A stretch of 64,000 nt of DNA from an uncultured bacterium (GCA_903847095.1 CAINCQ010000024.1:126618-190617), one strand, 5' to 3'. Shown: positions 18,820-27,973, numbered from the stretch's first letter. Numbers and translations: made by a program. Notes: generated by a model from the sequence alone, not told the origin.

Positions 18820-20355
18820 ATGGGTATTGAATTGAGTATTTTGGATACGACCTTTCGAGATGGAATGCAATCTTCGTTGATCGAAGCCGCGGGACCAAAA
18901 GACGCTCTTAAAGTTTTGCGGCTTTTGGATGAACTTGGTTGTTTTGAATATCTTGAGGCGGGATTTGCCGTTTCAAACAACGGGGATGGGGAACGGATAA
19001 AAGCCGCGCTAAAGCTCGGTTTGAAAGCTAAGATCGCCGCTTTTGGCTGGGCCACGCCGGACACCGCGAAACAAATGATCGCGGTTGCCGTGCCGGTTGC
19101 CGTATTGGTGGCAAAAGCCAGAAAGCGCGATGTCGAGATCGCCTTGCGCCGGGATCCGGAGGAATATTTAAGCGTAGTCAAACAAGCGGTCGAGCTGCTG
19201 GTTGAAAACGGGATCGAGGTAATTCTTGACATCGAACACGCGTTCCAGGCGGTTTTCGAAGACAATCAAGAATATGTTTTGCGGCTTTTGCGCGAATGCC
19301 ATGAGGCGGGCGCGAGATGGCTTGTTTTGTGCGATACCAACGGTAAAGCTTCGGTAGGTGTCGTAGAAGCCGTGATCAAGATCGTCTCAAAAGAGATTCC
19401 ACTTGGCGTCATCGGGGTTCATTTCCATAATGATCGCGGCCGGGCTGTTGTTTTGGCCGAAATTGCTTATGAGCAAGGAATCCGTCATATCCAAGGGGTT
19501 TTTGGCGGGTTTGGGGAAAGAGCCGGGAATACCGACTTATCCGTTTTGATTCCCAATCTGTACCTGGATTCCGACTGCCGGTTTTTTTCGCGAACGGCGT
19601 TTAAAAAGTTCACCGCGACATACCGAAGCGTCAGCGAAATACTGAACATTCCGGCTGATCCAACCCACCCCTGGGTTGGCGAAAAGGTTTTTTATAGTAA
19701 GGCAGGGATGCATGCTTCGGGTGAAAACCTCGATCCGGGAAGTTATCTCCACTTTGATCCGGAATTCACCGGCAACCATATTAGTTTCGGGTTGTCAGGA
19801 ATTTCGGGAAAAGCCAATTTATCGATAAAGGCCAGGGAGATCGGTATTGAAATACCGGAAAATAAATTACCGGAGATCGCGGCGCGCCATAAAGAACTTG
19901 CGGATAGAGGGATAAGTTTTGAGCGCGCCGAAGCATCGTTCGAACTCTGGCTTTTACGGGAGCTCGGGTCGTTAAAAATGCCTTTCTCGTTCATTGGCTG
20001 GAGGATCGTTGACGAATGTCAGCCTGGAGGACAGATTAAGTCCGAAGCAAGTTTGGCGATGATCGTTAGCGGCCGGGAATGCTTGTCGAATGCCCGGGGA
20101 GAAGGGCCGGTAAACGCGCTGGAAAAAGTTTTGCGTAAGATCTTAGAGAAAGAATTCCCGGCCATCAAACAGGTAAGGATGTCGGAATTTTCTTTTAAGA
20201 CCGTTGATATGAGAAAAGGATCGGCCGCGTTGGTGAGGATCCTTTGTGTTTTCACCGATGGTTGCCGCACCTGGACAACGGTCGGGGTTAACGAAGATTT
20301 TCTTTGGGCCGCTTGGCAAGCGATGTTGGATGGTTATTTATACCGGATCGCGTGA
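18820..20355 (+). CDS. cimA: Citramalate synthase (LeuA/CimA family)
   Basis: DTTFRDG, LCDTNG, HFHND, GFGERAGN, KAGMHAS, FERAEASFEL, GEGPVNAL regulatory domain; GAGGAGG RBS. Confidence 0.85.
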   Translation: MGIELSILDTTFRDGMQSSLIEAAGPKDALKVLRLLDELGCFEYLEAGFAVSNNGDGERIKAALKLGLKAKIAAFGWATPDTAKQMIAVAVPVAVLVAKARKRDVEIALRRDPEEYLSVVKQAVELLVENGIEVILDIEHAFQAVFEDNQEYVLRLLRECHEAGARWLVLCDTNGKASVGVVEAVIKIVSKEIPLGVIGVHFHNDRGRAVVLAEIAYEQGIRHIQGVFGGFGERAGNTDLSVLIPNLYLDSDCRFFSRTAFKKFTATYRSVSEILNIPADPTHPWVGEKVFYSKAGMHASGENLDPGSYLHFDPEFTGNHISFGLSGISGKANLSIKAREIGIEIPENKLPEIAARHKELADRGISFERAEASFELWLLRELGSLKMPFSFIGWRIVDECQPGGQIKSEASLAMIVSGRECLSNARGEGPVNALEKVLRKILEKEFPAIKQVRMSEFSFKTVDMRKGSAALVRILCVFTDGCRTWTTVGVNEDFLWAAWQAMLDGYLYRIA

Positions 20356-20468
20356 AATTTCCGTCGATCACGCCAGTCTTTTATAGGCTGGTTTTTTTTG
20401 CGTGAACGGCCGATTTGTGATAAAGCAAAAGTAAATGACAGGATGTTTTTTTGCAAATTTCAAAAGAT

Positions 20469-21908
20469 ATGGCTAAAGAAAAATATTATATTACTACCGC
20501 TATCGATTATGTGAACGCCAATCCCCATTTGGGCCACGCGATGGAGAAGATCCAAGCGGATGTGCTGGCTCGTTATTATCGTTCCATTGGGGAGGAGGTG
20601 CGTTTTGTGTCGGGAACCGACGAGAACAGCCTTAAGAACGTGCAGGCTGCCGAACGCGCGGGGAAACCCGTGCAAGAGGTTGTGGACGCCAATGCCGGTA
20701 TATTTCGCGCTATGAGTGGGGCACTCGAGCTGTCGTACGACGATTTTATCCGTACCACCGAAAAACGCCATATCGGCGCGGCGCAAAAGTTATGGCAGGC
20801 GTGCGCCAGGGATATTTATAAAAAAACCTATAGCGGTTTGTATTGCGTGGGGTGCGAAGAATATTATAAAGTCGAGGATCTGGAAAATGGATTATGCCCG
20901 GAGCATAAAAAAAAGCTCGAGTTGGTGGAAGAAGAAAATTATTTCTTCAGACTTTCCGCGTACCAGGGCCGGATCAAGGAACTTATCGAAAACGGCTCTA
21001 TCCGGATAATTCCCAAAGGCCGCGAGAACGAGGTGACCAGTTTCATTGATTCGGGCGTGGAAGATATCTGCGTGTCTCGTTCGAGTGTCCGAGCGAAGGG
21101 TTGGGGTATTCCCGTTCCGGGAGATCCAACGCAAATCATGTGGGTATGGTTCGATGCTCTTAGCAGCTATATCGGTGTTTTGGGTTATGGTGCCGATGAG
21201 GCGCTGTTTGAACAATGGTGGCAGAATAATCCGCACATTACCCATGTTATCGGTAAAGGGATTGTGCGTTTCCACGCGGTTTACTGGATCGGAATGCTTT
21301 TGTCGGCGGGTTTACGGGTTCCCAGCCGGATTTTTGTCCATGGTTATATTACCAGCGAAGGACAGAAAATGTCGAAGAGCTTGGGTAATGTGGTTGATCC
21401 GTTCGCGCTTGTTGAACGGTATGGGGCCGACGCGGTGCGTTATTTTTTGTTGCGGGAGATCCCATCCACCGAGGACGGCGATTTCAGCGTAGCGCGTTTC
21501 GAAGACCGTTATAACGCTGATTTGGCTAAGGGGCTGGGAAATTTCGCTTCGCGCGTTGTCACTATCGCGGCGAAAATGGAGGCGTTGAACATCCGTGATT
21601 TCGGTGATGTCTCAAAAGAAGTTGCCAAAGCGAAAGAGTGTTGCGGCTTGGCCTTGCGGGAATGCAAATTCAACGAAGCGCTCGCGTCGATTTGGGAATT
21701 GATCGGATTTTGCGACCGCTACATCGAAAAAAAACAGCCTTGGAAGACCAACGACAAAACCAGTGTTGCCAACTTGATGTACGCGTTGGAAGAAATAGGG
21801 AAATTGATCGAGCCTTTTATGCCCGAAACTTCACAAAAGATTGTGAGAATGGCCAGAGGGGAGAAAATGGTTTTATTCCCCAGGATCGAAAAAATCGGCC
21901 AAACATAG
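20469..21908 (+). CDS. metG: Methionine--tRNA ligase, short form
   Basis: YYITTAIDYVNANPHLGH, YDDFIRTT, GKGIVRFH, KMSKSLGN. Confidence 0.97.
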   Translation: MAKEKYYITTAIDYVNANPHLGHAMEKIQADVLARYYRSIGEEVRFVSGTDENSLKNVQAAERAGKPVQEVVDANAGIFRAMSGALELSYDDFIRTTEKRHIGAAQKLWQACARDIYKKTYSGLYCVGCEEYYKVEDLENGLCPEHKKKLELVEEENYFFRLSAYQGRIKELIENGSIRIIPKGRENEVTSFIDSGVEDICVSRSSVRAKGWGIPVPGDPTQIMWVWFDALSSYIGVLGYGADEALFEQWWQNNPHITHVIGKGIVRFHAVYWIGMLLSAGLRVPSRIFVHGYITSEGQKMSKSLGNVVDPFALVERYGADAVRYFLLREIPSTEDGDFSVARFEDRYNADLAKGLGNFASRVVTIAAKMEALNIRDFGDVSKEVAKAKECCGLALRECKFNEALASIWELIGFCDRYIEKKQPWKTNDKTSVANLMYALEEIGKLIEPFMPETSQKIVRMARGEKMVLFPRIEKIGQT

Positions 21909-21964
21909 ACGCAAACCGCCGATCGCTTAGCTTGACAGAATAACATATTTAATTTATAGTAAGG

Positions 21965-22294
21965 ATGGTGATCATCTTGACGACAAGTCTTTTGGATTTT
22001 GGTTTAAATCTTGATCCCGACGGGGTGTTTCCCGGATTAGGCAGATTGGAAAAAGAGGAATGGCGCAAAAAAATCCTCGTAAAATATTTTATGAATATCG
22101 GGCCTTTTTTTGCGGGTTTGATTCTGATTTTACTGACCTCGGATTTAGGTAGTATTAGCGGCGTTAACCTGTTTTATTCCGCCATTATCTTTTTGTTGTG
22201 TGTTGGTGCGTCCTTTTATTTTACAAGAAAAGACGCTTTAAATTATCGGACCCTGGTTTGGATGGCAAGTACTGTGGAACAAATTAAAGATTAA
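21965..22294 (+). CDS. Hypothetical membrane protein
   Basis: Two TM helices; TTGACA promoter at about 21932; terminator at 22294-22323. Confidence 0.55.
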   Translation: MVIILTTSLLDFGLNLDPDGVFPGLGRLEKEEWRKKILVKYFMNIGPFFAGLILILLTSDLGSISGVNLFYSAIIFLLCVGASFYFTRKDALNYRTLVWMASTVEQIKD

Positions 22295-22393
22295 CAGCGG
22301 AATTTGATAGCCGCTGTTTTTTTGACTTGTATTTTTTGATATTATTTGATAAATTGATTCTGTTAAGATTTATTAAAATTTTTAACGGAAAAA

Positions 22394-22526
22394 ATGAATT
22401 CTTTGACCAAACAAAATTTTTGGTTTAGCAATTACTTTATTCGGACTCGTTGTCCGGGAACTTTTCGTTTGTAATCGCTAAATCAACACTGGCAAACGGC
22501 AAATTCTCAGACAATGAGAATTTTTT
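22394..22526 (+). promoter_or_regulatory. Ribosome-mediated attenuator with aromatic-residue leader peptide
   Basis: Leader ORF 22394-22474 MNSLTKQNFWFSNYFIRTRCPGTFRL*; antiterminator 22456-22471 with 22493-22508; terminator AAATTCTCA-GACAA-TGAGAATTT plus T-tract. Confidence 0.7.
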
Positions 22527-22586
22527 GTTTTTTACGTTCATTGCCTGGGATCAGAACCTTAATAATCGAATAAGAGGGGGAAGGAA

Positions 22587-23057
22587 ATGAAAAACAGACA
22601 AATAAGCCGTTTTGGACAAGTGGCAAGAATTTTGAATCGCGAAAACAGCATTGTGGTCGATCCGCGAGGCGTTGAAGGTAATGTTTCCGGCGACGTCAAA
22701 GCCGCTTGGTATTTGGGCAAGGAAGGCGGTTACCAGAGGCGCATTACCGCGCCCTGGCTGGTTGATCCGCTCCTTGCGATCACGGGTGAACTACGGATGA
22801 AATTGTTCATTTTAAAGCCGCGCGATCTTCAAGGCGCGCATTATCTTGCTTGCCTCATAGGCCGGGATAAGAATTTCGGCTTGGGTTATTACCGCCTGGA
22901 TATTGCGGGATTAACGCACGATCAGAAGGTTGCTTTGCCGATCATCAAGCAGGCGGCGCGGGAGGCTAAAGGGAATTACCAAGCCGGTATCTCGATATGG
23001 GTTCGCGATAAGTATTATCCGACCATGGTTGAAATACGGGATTCATTGTTGGCATAG
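22587..23057 (+). CDS. Hypothetical protein downstream of the aromatic attenuator
   Basis: 156-aa ORF with purine-rich RBS; terminator AGGCTG..CAGCCTTTTTT at 23056-23082. Confidence 0.7.
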   Translation: MKNRQISRFGQVARILNRENSIVVDPRGVEGNVSGDVKAAWYLGKEGGYQRRITAPWLVDPLLAITGELRMKLFILKPRDLQGAHYLACLIGRDKNFGLGYYRLDIAGLTHDQKVALPIIKQAAREAKGNYQAGISIWVRDKYYPTMVEIRDSLLA

Positions 23058-23129
23058 GCTGGATACAAATTCAGCCTTTTTTATTGGGAAATACCGATCG
23101 CGGAGTCAAATGAAAAATATAAAATTTTC

Positions 23130-23333
23130 TTGACAGGGCGGGGCGTATTCGATATATTGAATTATAGTCAAAGAATTCATGAAAAGCCTAAACCGCCAAT
23201 TTAACAACAACGTCTTGTTGTTGGTGCTGGGAGTCCTTATTAACGAGGAGGGTTTTCTTTTTGGCGAAAGTTAGACAAAATAAGTGCTTCAGCCGAAAAG
23301 AAAGCCCTTCCAAAAGAAGGGTTTTCTGTTTTT
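23130..23333 (+). promoter_or_regulatory. Promoter plus ribosome-mediated attenuator with Val/Leu/Ile leader peptide
   Basis: TTGACA-17nt-TATATT; leader ORF 23179-23274 MKSLNRQFNNNVLLLVLGVLINEEGFLFGES*; 19-bp antiterminator 23247-23265 with 23292-23310; terminator CCCTTC-CAAAA-GAAGGG plus T-rich tail. Confidence 0.85.
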
Positions 23334-23334
23334 A

Positions 23335-23600
23335 ATCTCCGCCGGAATTAATCTTGGCGGAGATGAAAGATAGAAAAAAGGGGTAGTTTAACAAAACCGC
23401 AGCCGCCCACAAGCGGCCCGCGGTAAGCCGGGGGAAACCTTACTTCGGCAGAGAACGCCTTTCCCATCATAGAAAGGAAGTGAGGGTAAGCTCGTTTTGA
23501 GCAGGCCCTTCTACCTTGCCTTCCAAAAGAAGGCTATAGCACTTTTAGTATCAGCACCCATCATATATTAAAGTCCCTTCCGGGGACTTTAGTTTTTTTT
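23335..23600 (+). ncRNA. Candidate structured RNA with a tRNA-like core at 23380-23520
   Basis: No ORF longer than a few codons seen on +; at least seven hairpins; closing stem GGGGTAG/CTACCTT stacked on GAGGG/CCCTT; ends in a terminator at 23569-23600. Confidence 0.5.
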
Positions 23601-23679
23601 GATCCTTTAATGCGGCAGCCAGCCGGAAGATTGGCACGATTGAATTATTGGCCAAATCATTTAAAATAAATTTAAATCT

Positions 23680-24954
23680 ATGGGAAAAGAAAACTCCAGG
23701 GGTATTAAAAAACAATGTGTTTTCATTGGCAGATTCCAGCCGTTTCATAACGGTCATTTGGAAGTGATTAAATGGATTCTTAAACAGAATTTGAATCTGT
23801 CGATTGTCATCGGCAGCCTTCAGGAATATGGGACCTTTAAAAATCCACTTAAATTTTTTGAACGCAAAATTATCCTCGAGCGCGTCTTGAAAGCGGAAGG
23901 CATCAAAGGAGTGGAGATTTTTGGCTTGCCGGATTTTAAAAATGACGTTGCCTGGGGAAAAAAGCTTGGAGAAATAATAAACAAGGATCCAAAAGAAACA
24001 TCGGTTGTGACCCTGAATCCTTGGCCGGCGGCCGCCGCGAAAGCGGCCGGATTTTCCGGATCGGAACATCCGGTTTTTTTTGATGGTCTTTCGGCGACCG
24101 CTGTCCGGGATAAGATCTTTAAGGGTGAAGTTTGGGAGGATCTCGTTCCGCCCCAAGTAGTTTCTTATTTAAAGGAAACCGGAGGCGTCGAAAAGATCAA
24201 AGTATCTCAGCTACCTCTTGACCAAAGGATCGCGGAATTCATTTTAAAAAGCATGGAGCAGTCAAAAACCAGGGGCGCTGTTTTGGCGGTGTCGGGAGGG
24301 ATCGATTCGGCCTTGGTGGCGGCTATAGCCAAAAAAGCGCTGGGGAAAAAGGTTAATTTTGTTTTTCTGCCCTTTTTTAAAACCTGCCCTTTCAGGAAGA
24401 ATGTGATTTTACTTGAAGAGTCCTTGAAAATACGGGTAAGAAAGATCCATTTGGAAAAGATCATGGATGATTTTGTCAAATTAATGCCTTCCGGAGGAAA
24501 TTTAGTCTACGGAAATTTGAAGCCAAGGATCAGAATGGCCGTGGTTTATTATCTGGCCAATTTGAAAAAATTGCTGGTTTTGGGAACTACCAACCGTTCG
24601 GAACTGGAAATAGGTTATTTTACCAAGTACGGGGACGGAGGGGTTGACATCGAACCGATCGCCGATCTTTACAAAACCGAAGTGTTTGAATTGGCCAAGG
24701 AACTCAAGATCCCTTCCGATATCATCGCCACCGCTCCGACCGCGGCTTTATGGCCCGGCCAGACCGACGAGAAAGAATTGGGGGTGACTTATTTCGAGCT
24801 CGATACGGTGCTGAAAATGATCAATTTGGGCTTTGAAAAAAAAGAAATCCTTTATTTGACCGGCGTTAAAGAGGCAAAACTGGAAAAGATCCTGGCCAGA
24901 AAAATCGCGAATGCCCATAAGCTTGTTTCTCCTCCAAAGTGCATTTTGAAATAA
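23680..24954 (+). CDS. nadE: Fusion of NadM-like nicotinamide/nicotinate-nucleotide adenylyltransferase and NH3-dependent NAD+ synthetase
   Basis: N-terminal GRFQPFHNGH and SATAVR; C-terminal SGGIDSA, GNLKPRIRM, GYFTKYGDGG, LYKTEV, GQTDEKELG. Confidence 0.92.
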   Translation: MGKENSRGIKKQCVFIGRFQPFHNGHLEVIKWILKQNLNLSIVIGSLQEYGTFKNPLKFFERKIILERVLKAEGIKGVEIFGLPDFKNDVAWGKKLGEIINKDPKETSVVTLNPWPAAAAKAAGFSGSEHPVFFDGLSATAVRDKIFKGEVWEDLVPPQVVSYLKETGGVEKIKVSQLPLDQRIAEFILKSMEQSKTRGAVLAVSGGIDSALVAAIAKKALGKKVNFVFLPFFKTCPFRKNVILLEESLKIRVRKIHLEKIMDDFVKLMPSGGNLVYGNLKPRIRMAVVYYLANLKKLLVLGTTNRSELEIGYFTKYGDGGVDIEPIADLYKTEVFELAKELKIPSDIIATAPTAALWPGQTDEKELGVTYFELDTVLKMINLGFEKKEILYLTGVKEAKLEKILARKIANAHKLVSPPKCILK

Positions 24955-24955
24955 C

Positions 24956-25897
24956 ATGGATATTTTAAGCGCTTTAGTGATTATAATCGGGTTGATTGTT
25001 TTTGAGATCGTAAACAGTGTAGACAATGCCATCGTCAATGCTCATGTTTTAAAGACGATGAACCAGCGATGGCGGAAGATTTTTCTTTTCTGGGGCTTAC
25101 TTATCGCGGTTGTCGTCGTCCGCGGGATCCTGCCTTTTTTGGTGGTTTGGCTCACTGTTCCCGGGATAGGATTTGTCGAAGCGTTCCAAGCCATGTTTTC
25201 CGGTTCTCCTTATGTGGCTGGGGCAATCGATTCGGGAAAACCGTTGATCCTTATGGGGGCGGGGGTATTTCTTTTTTTACTCTATTTGCACTGGCTGTTT
25301 TTGGAGGAAAAGCGGCCGTTTTTCGTTACCGATAAATTCATCAAGCCAAATTACGGGATCTGGTTTTTTGCCTGTACCGCATTGCTCCTGGTAGGTCTTT
25401 TATACATGGCGCGCCAAAATCCGGTCTTGATGCTTTCAGCTTCCATCGGTAATGCCGCCTTTTTCATTCTTTATGGTTTTCGGGAGCAAGCGGAAAAACA
25501 ATCGGAGGTTTTAAAAGAGAAAGCGGTCGAGATGAGCAATTTTTCCAAGTTTTTATATCTGGAAGTGCTTGACGCTTCATTTTCTTTCGATGGCGTTTTG
25601 GGTGCTTTTGCTTTTACCACTGCCGTTCCGTTGATTCTGATCGGCAACGGCATAGGCGCTTTGATAGTAAGGGAGCTTACGATCAGGGGGGTCGATAGGG
25701 TGGCCAGTTATAAGTTTTTGAAAAACGGAGCTATGACCTCGATCGGATTTTTGGGATTGATTATTATCTCGGAAAGCTTTGGCTTGGAATTTCCCGGTTT
25801 TCTGCCGACAGCGATAACTTTACTATTCGTCGGAGTCGCTTTTTTTGCCTCCCGGAGTTTGAATCAGAAGGAAAATAATTTATCCATACCGTTATGA
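24956..25897 (+). CDS. DUF475/TerC-like integral membrane protein
   Basis: SVDNAIVNA, FLFWGLLIAV, FLYLEVLDASFSFDGVLGAFA. Confidence 0.88.
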   Translation: MDILSALVIIIGLIVFEIVNSVDNAIVNAHVLKTMNQRWRKIFLFWGLLIAVVVVRGILPFLVVWLTVPGIGFVEAFQAMFSGSPYVAGAIDSGKPLILMGAGVFLFLLYLHWLFLEEKRPFFVTDKFIKPNYGIWFFACTALLLVGLLYMARQNPVLMLSASIGNAAFFILYGFREQAEKQSEVLKEKAVEMSNFSKFLYLEVLDASFSFDGVLGAFAFTTAVPLILIGNGIGALIVRELTIRGVDRVASYKFLKNGAMTSIGFLGLIIISESFGLEFPGFLPTAITLLFVGVAFFASRSLNQKENNLSIPL

Positions 25898-26745
25898 GAA
25901 TCATTGATTCCCACGCTCATCTTAATTTTACGGATTTTGCCAAAGACTATAAGCAGGTGATCGAAAAATGCCGCGATGAAGGTATTTCGATCGTTAATGT
26001 GGGTACTAACTATTTAACCTCGGAAAAAGCCGTAAAAATCGCCAAAACCGAAAAAGATGTTTACGCGGCAATCGGTTTGCACGCGTTAAACATCAGCCAT
26101 TCGGAAGTTGAAAAGAAGGTTTGCGAACATTCGGACGGTTCGGTTCTTGAAAAACCGGAAGATTTTCTGGAATGCGAATTCGATTACGAATTATACAAAA
26201 ATTTGGCGCGATCGGATAAAGTGGTGGCAATAGGGGAGGTTGGCCTCGATTATTATTACAAACCAAAAGCCAACATCGATCCGGAGGCATTCAAAAAAAA
26301 GCAGCTGGAAATTATGAAGCGGCAAGTTAAGCTGGCACGGGAATTGGATCTGCCGGTCATATTTCACGTGCGGATGGCTCATGCCGACTTGATCCAATTT
26401 CTGGAGGACGAACGAAAATCGGGGAAAAAGATCCGCGGGGTCATCCATTGTTTCACCGGGACGCCGGAGCAGGCAAAAACTTATCTTGATTTCGGTTTAT
26501 TCATCGGTTTAAACGGCATAATTTTTAAAATGGATCTCGATCGGGTGATCGCTAAACTTCCGAGCGATCGCATTGTCGTTGAGACCGATTGTCCTTATCT
26601 TGCGCCGCTAAAGAGCGGAGGAAGAAACGAGCCGTCGAATATAAAATACGTGATTGAGAGAATCGCAAAAATCCGGAATGAAGAGATCGCAAAGATCGAG
26701 AAATATTCAAGCGAAAACACAAAAAAATTGTTTTCGATCGTTTAA
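25894..26745 (+). CDS. tatD: TatD family hydrolase
   Basis: IDSHAHL, AIGEVGLDY, HCFTG, ETDCPYLAP, RNEP. Confidence 0.95.
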   Translation: MRIIDSHAHLNFTDFAKDYKQVIEKCRDEGISIVNVGTNYLTSEKAVKIAKTEKDVYAAIGLHALNISHSEVEKKVCEHSDGSVLEKPEDFLECEFDYELYKNLARSDKVVAIGEVGLDYYYKPKANIDPEAFKKKQLEIMKRQVKLARELDLPVIFHVRMAHADLIQFLEDERKSGKKIRGVIHCFTGTPEQAKTYLDFGLFIGLNGIIFKMDLDRVIAKLPSDRIVVETDCPYLAPLKSGGRNEPSNIKYVIERIAKIRNEEIAKIEKYSSENTKKLFSIV

Positions 26746-26761
26746 AGAAAAAACTGCTGGT

Positions 26762-27268
26762 TCAGCAGTTGTGTCGGGAATTTATCTTTTCGATAAATCC
26801 TCCATAAAAGCGGAGATGGGCCATTGTCCGGTCGTTGGTTTCCTCTATTTGAGGTTTGATGATCTTCTCGTAGCCTTCTACCTGGTCAATGCGGAATCCA
26901 GATTGGCGGGGATTGATATAAACGTATTTTTTTCCTTCAAACCGTTCTGGACCCCGGGCGCCCAAGCTTGTTCCGTTTCTAAAGGCTTTTGATAAAACGT
27001 TGTTAAGGAATGATTTGGCTTGTTTTTCGCAGAACCCCAGATAGTGGAACGTCCAAATCGGTTCTTCGTCTTTAAAAATATTTATCATGCCCGAAAGGCC
27101 GTTGGTCAAAGAGTTTTCGCAATATGTTTCGGCGAGAAAATAGTCTCCCTTACGGAAAACAAACATTTTGTGACCGGGAACGACACTTCCTGTTTCGGTT
27201 TTGGTTCCCGAAGACCAGCGCTTTGCCATGGCCTTCCAGTAAAATTCCCTTATTTCTTTTTCGTTCAA
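26762..27268 (-). CDS. Hypothetical protein, DUF5680-like
   Basis: PIWTFHYLG..FL..L..RGP..YxN..GxExI..YGG pattern. Confidence 0.65.
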   Translation of the reverse strand: MNEKEIREFYWKAMAKRWSSGTKTETGSVVPGHKMFVFRKGDYFLAETYCENSLTNGLSGMINIFKDEEPIWTFHYLGFCEKQAKSFLNNVLSKAFRNGTSLGARGPERFEGKKYVYINPRQSGFRIDQVEGYEKIIKPQIEETNDRTMAHLRFYGGFIEKINSRHNC

Positions 27269-27387
27269 CGTTTTGATGCCTCCAAAGGAGCTGATAAAAA
27301 ACTAGTACGGATTGGCAAAAGAGTCAAGGTTGGCCGCCGTTGATCGGTATCGCAAATTTTTCAAGAATGATTCCGTCATATTTGTCG

Positions 27388-27945
27388 TTAATTAGGATTA
27401 TCAGAGCCAGATCTCGCCTCATTTTTTATAAAGTCGATAGTTTTATACGTGAGCCAGCCCGTAACTATTCCCAGCAGGGCGCCGGCCAAAATATCGGATG
27501 GCCAGTGTACTCCGACAAAGATTCTGGCCAAGCTTATGGTCGCGGCGGCGGCGAAAAAAAACACTCCCATTTTTTTGTCGTAACAATAAATGGCGGTCGC
27601 GGCGGAGAAAAAGAACAAAGCGTGGCCGGAAGGAAAGGACTGGAAATCTTCGCCGGGCGTGGCAACCAGCTGATGAGCCAAAAAATCTCCGGCGTAAGGC
27701 CGAGGATTGGAATAAAATATTAGGATCAAGCCTTTGACCGCAAAGCGGGCCAGGAGGGCGGCCAAGACCGCGGTGAAGGCCATAAAAACCTTCTTTGTTT
27801 TTTTTGTTGAGAATACAACAAAAACAAGGAATAGCCCCAAAAGATATTGAAAATATTCGGCAAAAAAAATCCCGGCTTGATCCAAAATAGGCCAATGACC
27901 GGCCAAGCCGTTGATCGAGTTGAAAATGACTAGGTTTAAGTCCAT
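27388..27945 (-). CDS. PAP2 family phosphatase (BcrC-like undecaprenyl-diphosphatase)
   Basis: K..RP, SFPSGH and ARIFVGVHWPSDILAG motifs. Confidence 0.92.
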   Translation of the reverse strand: MDLNLVIFNSINGLAGHWPILDQAGIFFAEYFQYLLGLFLVFVVFSTKKTKKVFMAFTAVLAALLARFAVKGLILIFYSNPRPYAGDFLAHQLVATPGEDFQSFPSGHALFFFSAATAIYCYDKKMGVFFFAAAATISLARIFVGVHWPSDILAGALLGIVTGWLTYKTIDFIKNEARSGSDNPN

Positions 27946-27973
27946 TTAAAGCTTTGTCGTTAAAACCGTTTCG

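Noticed and set aside
23380-23520. Calling this a canonical tRNA gene
   Set aside because: No TTCRA T-loop, an 8-nt anticodon-like loop, oversized D and T regions and no CCA; kept only as a tRNA-like candidate
23551-24156. 201-aa minus-strand ORF
   Set aside because: Antisense to the well-supported nadM-nadE fusion, with no recognisable motifs
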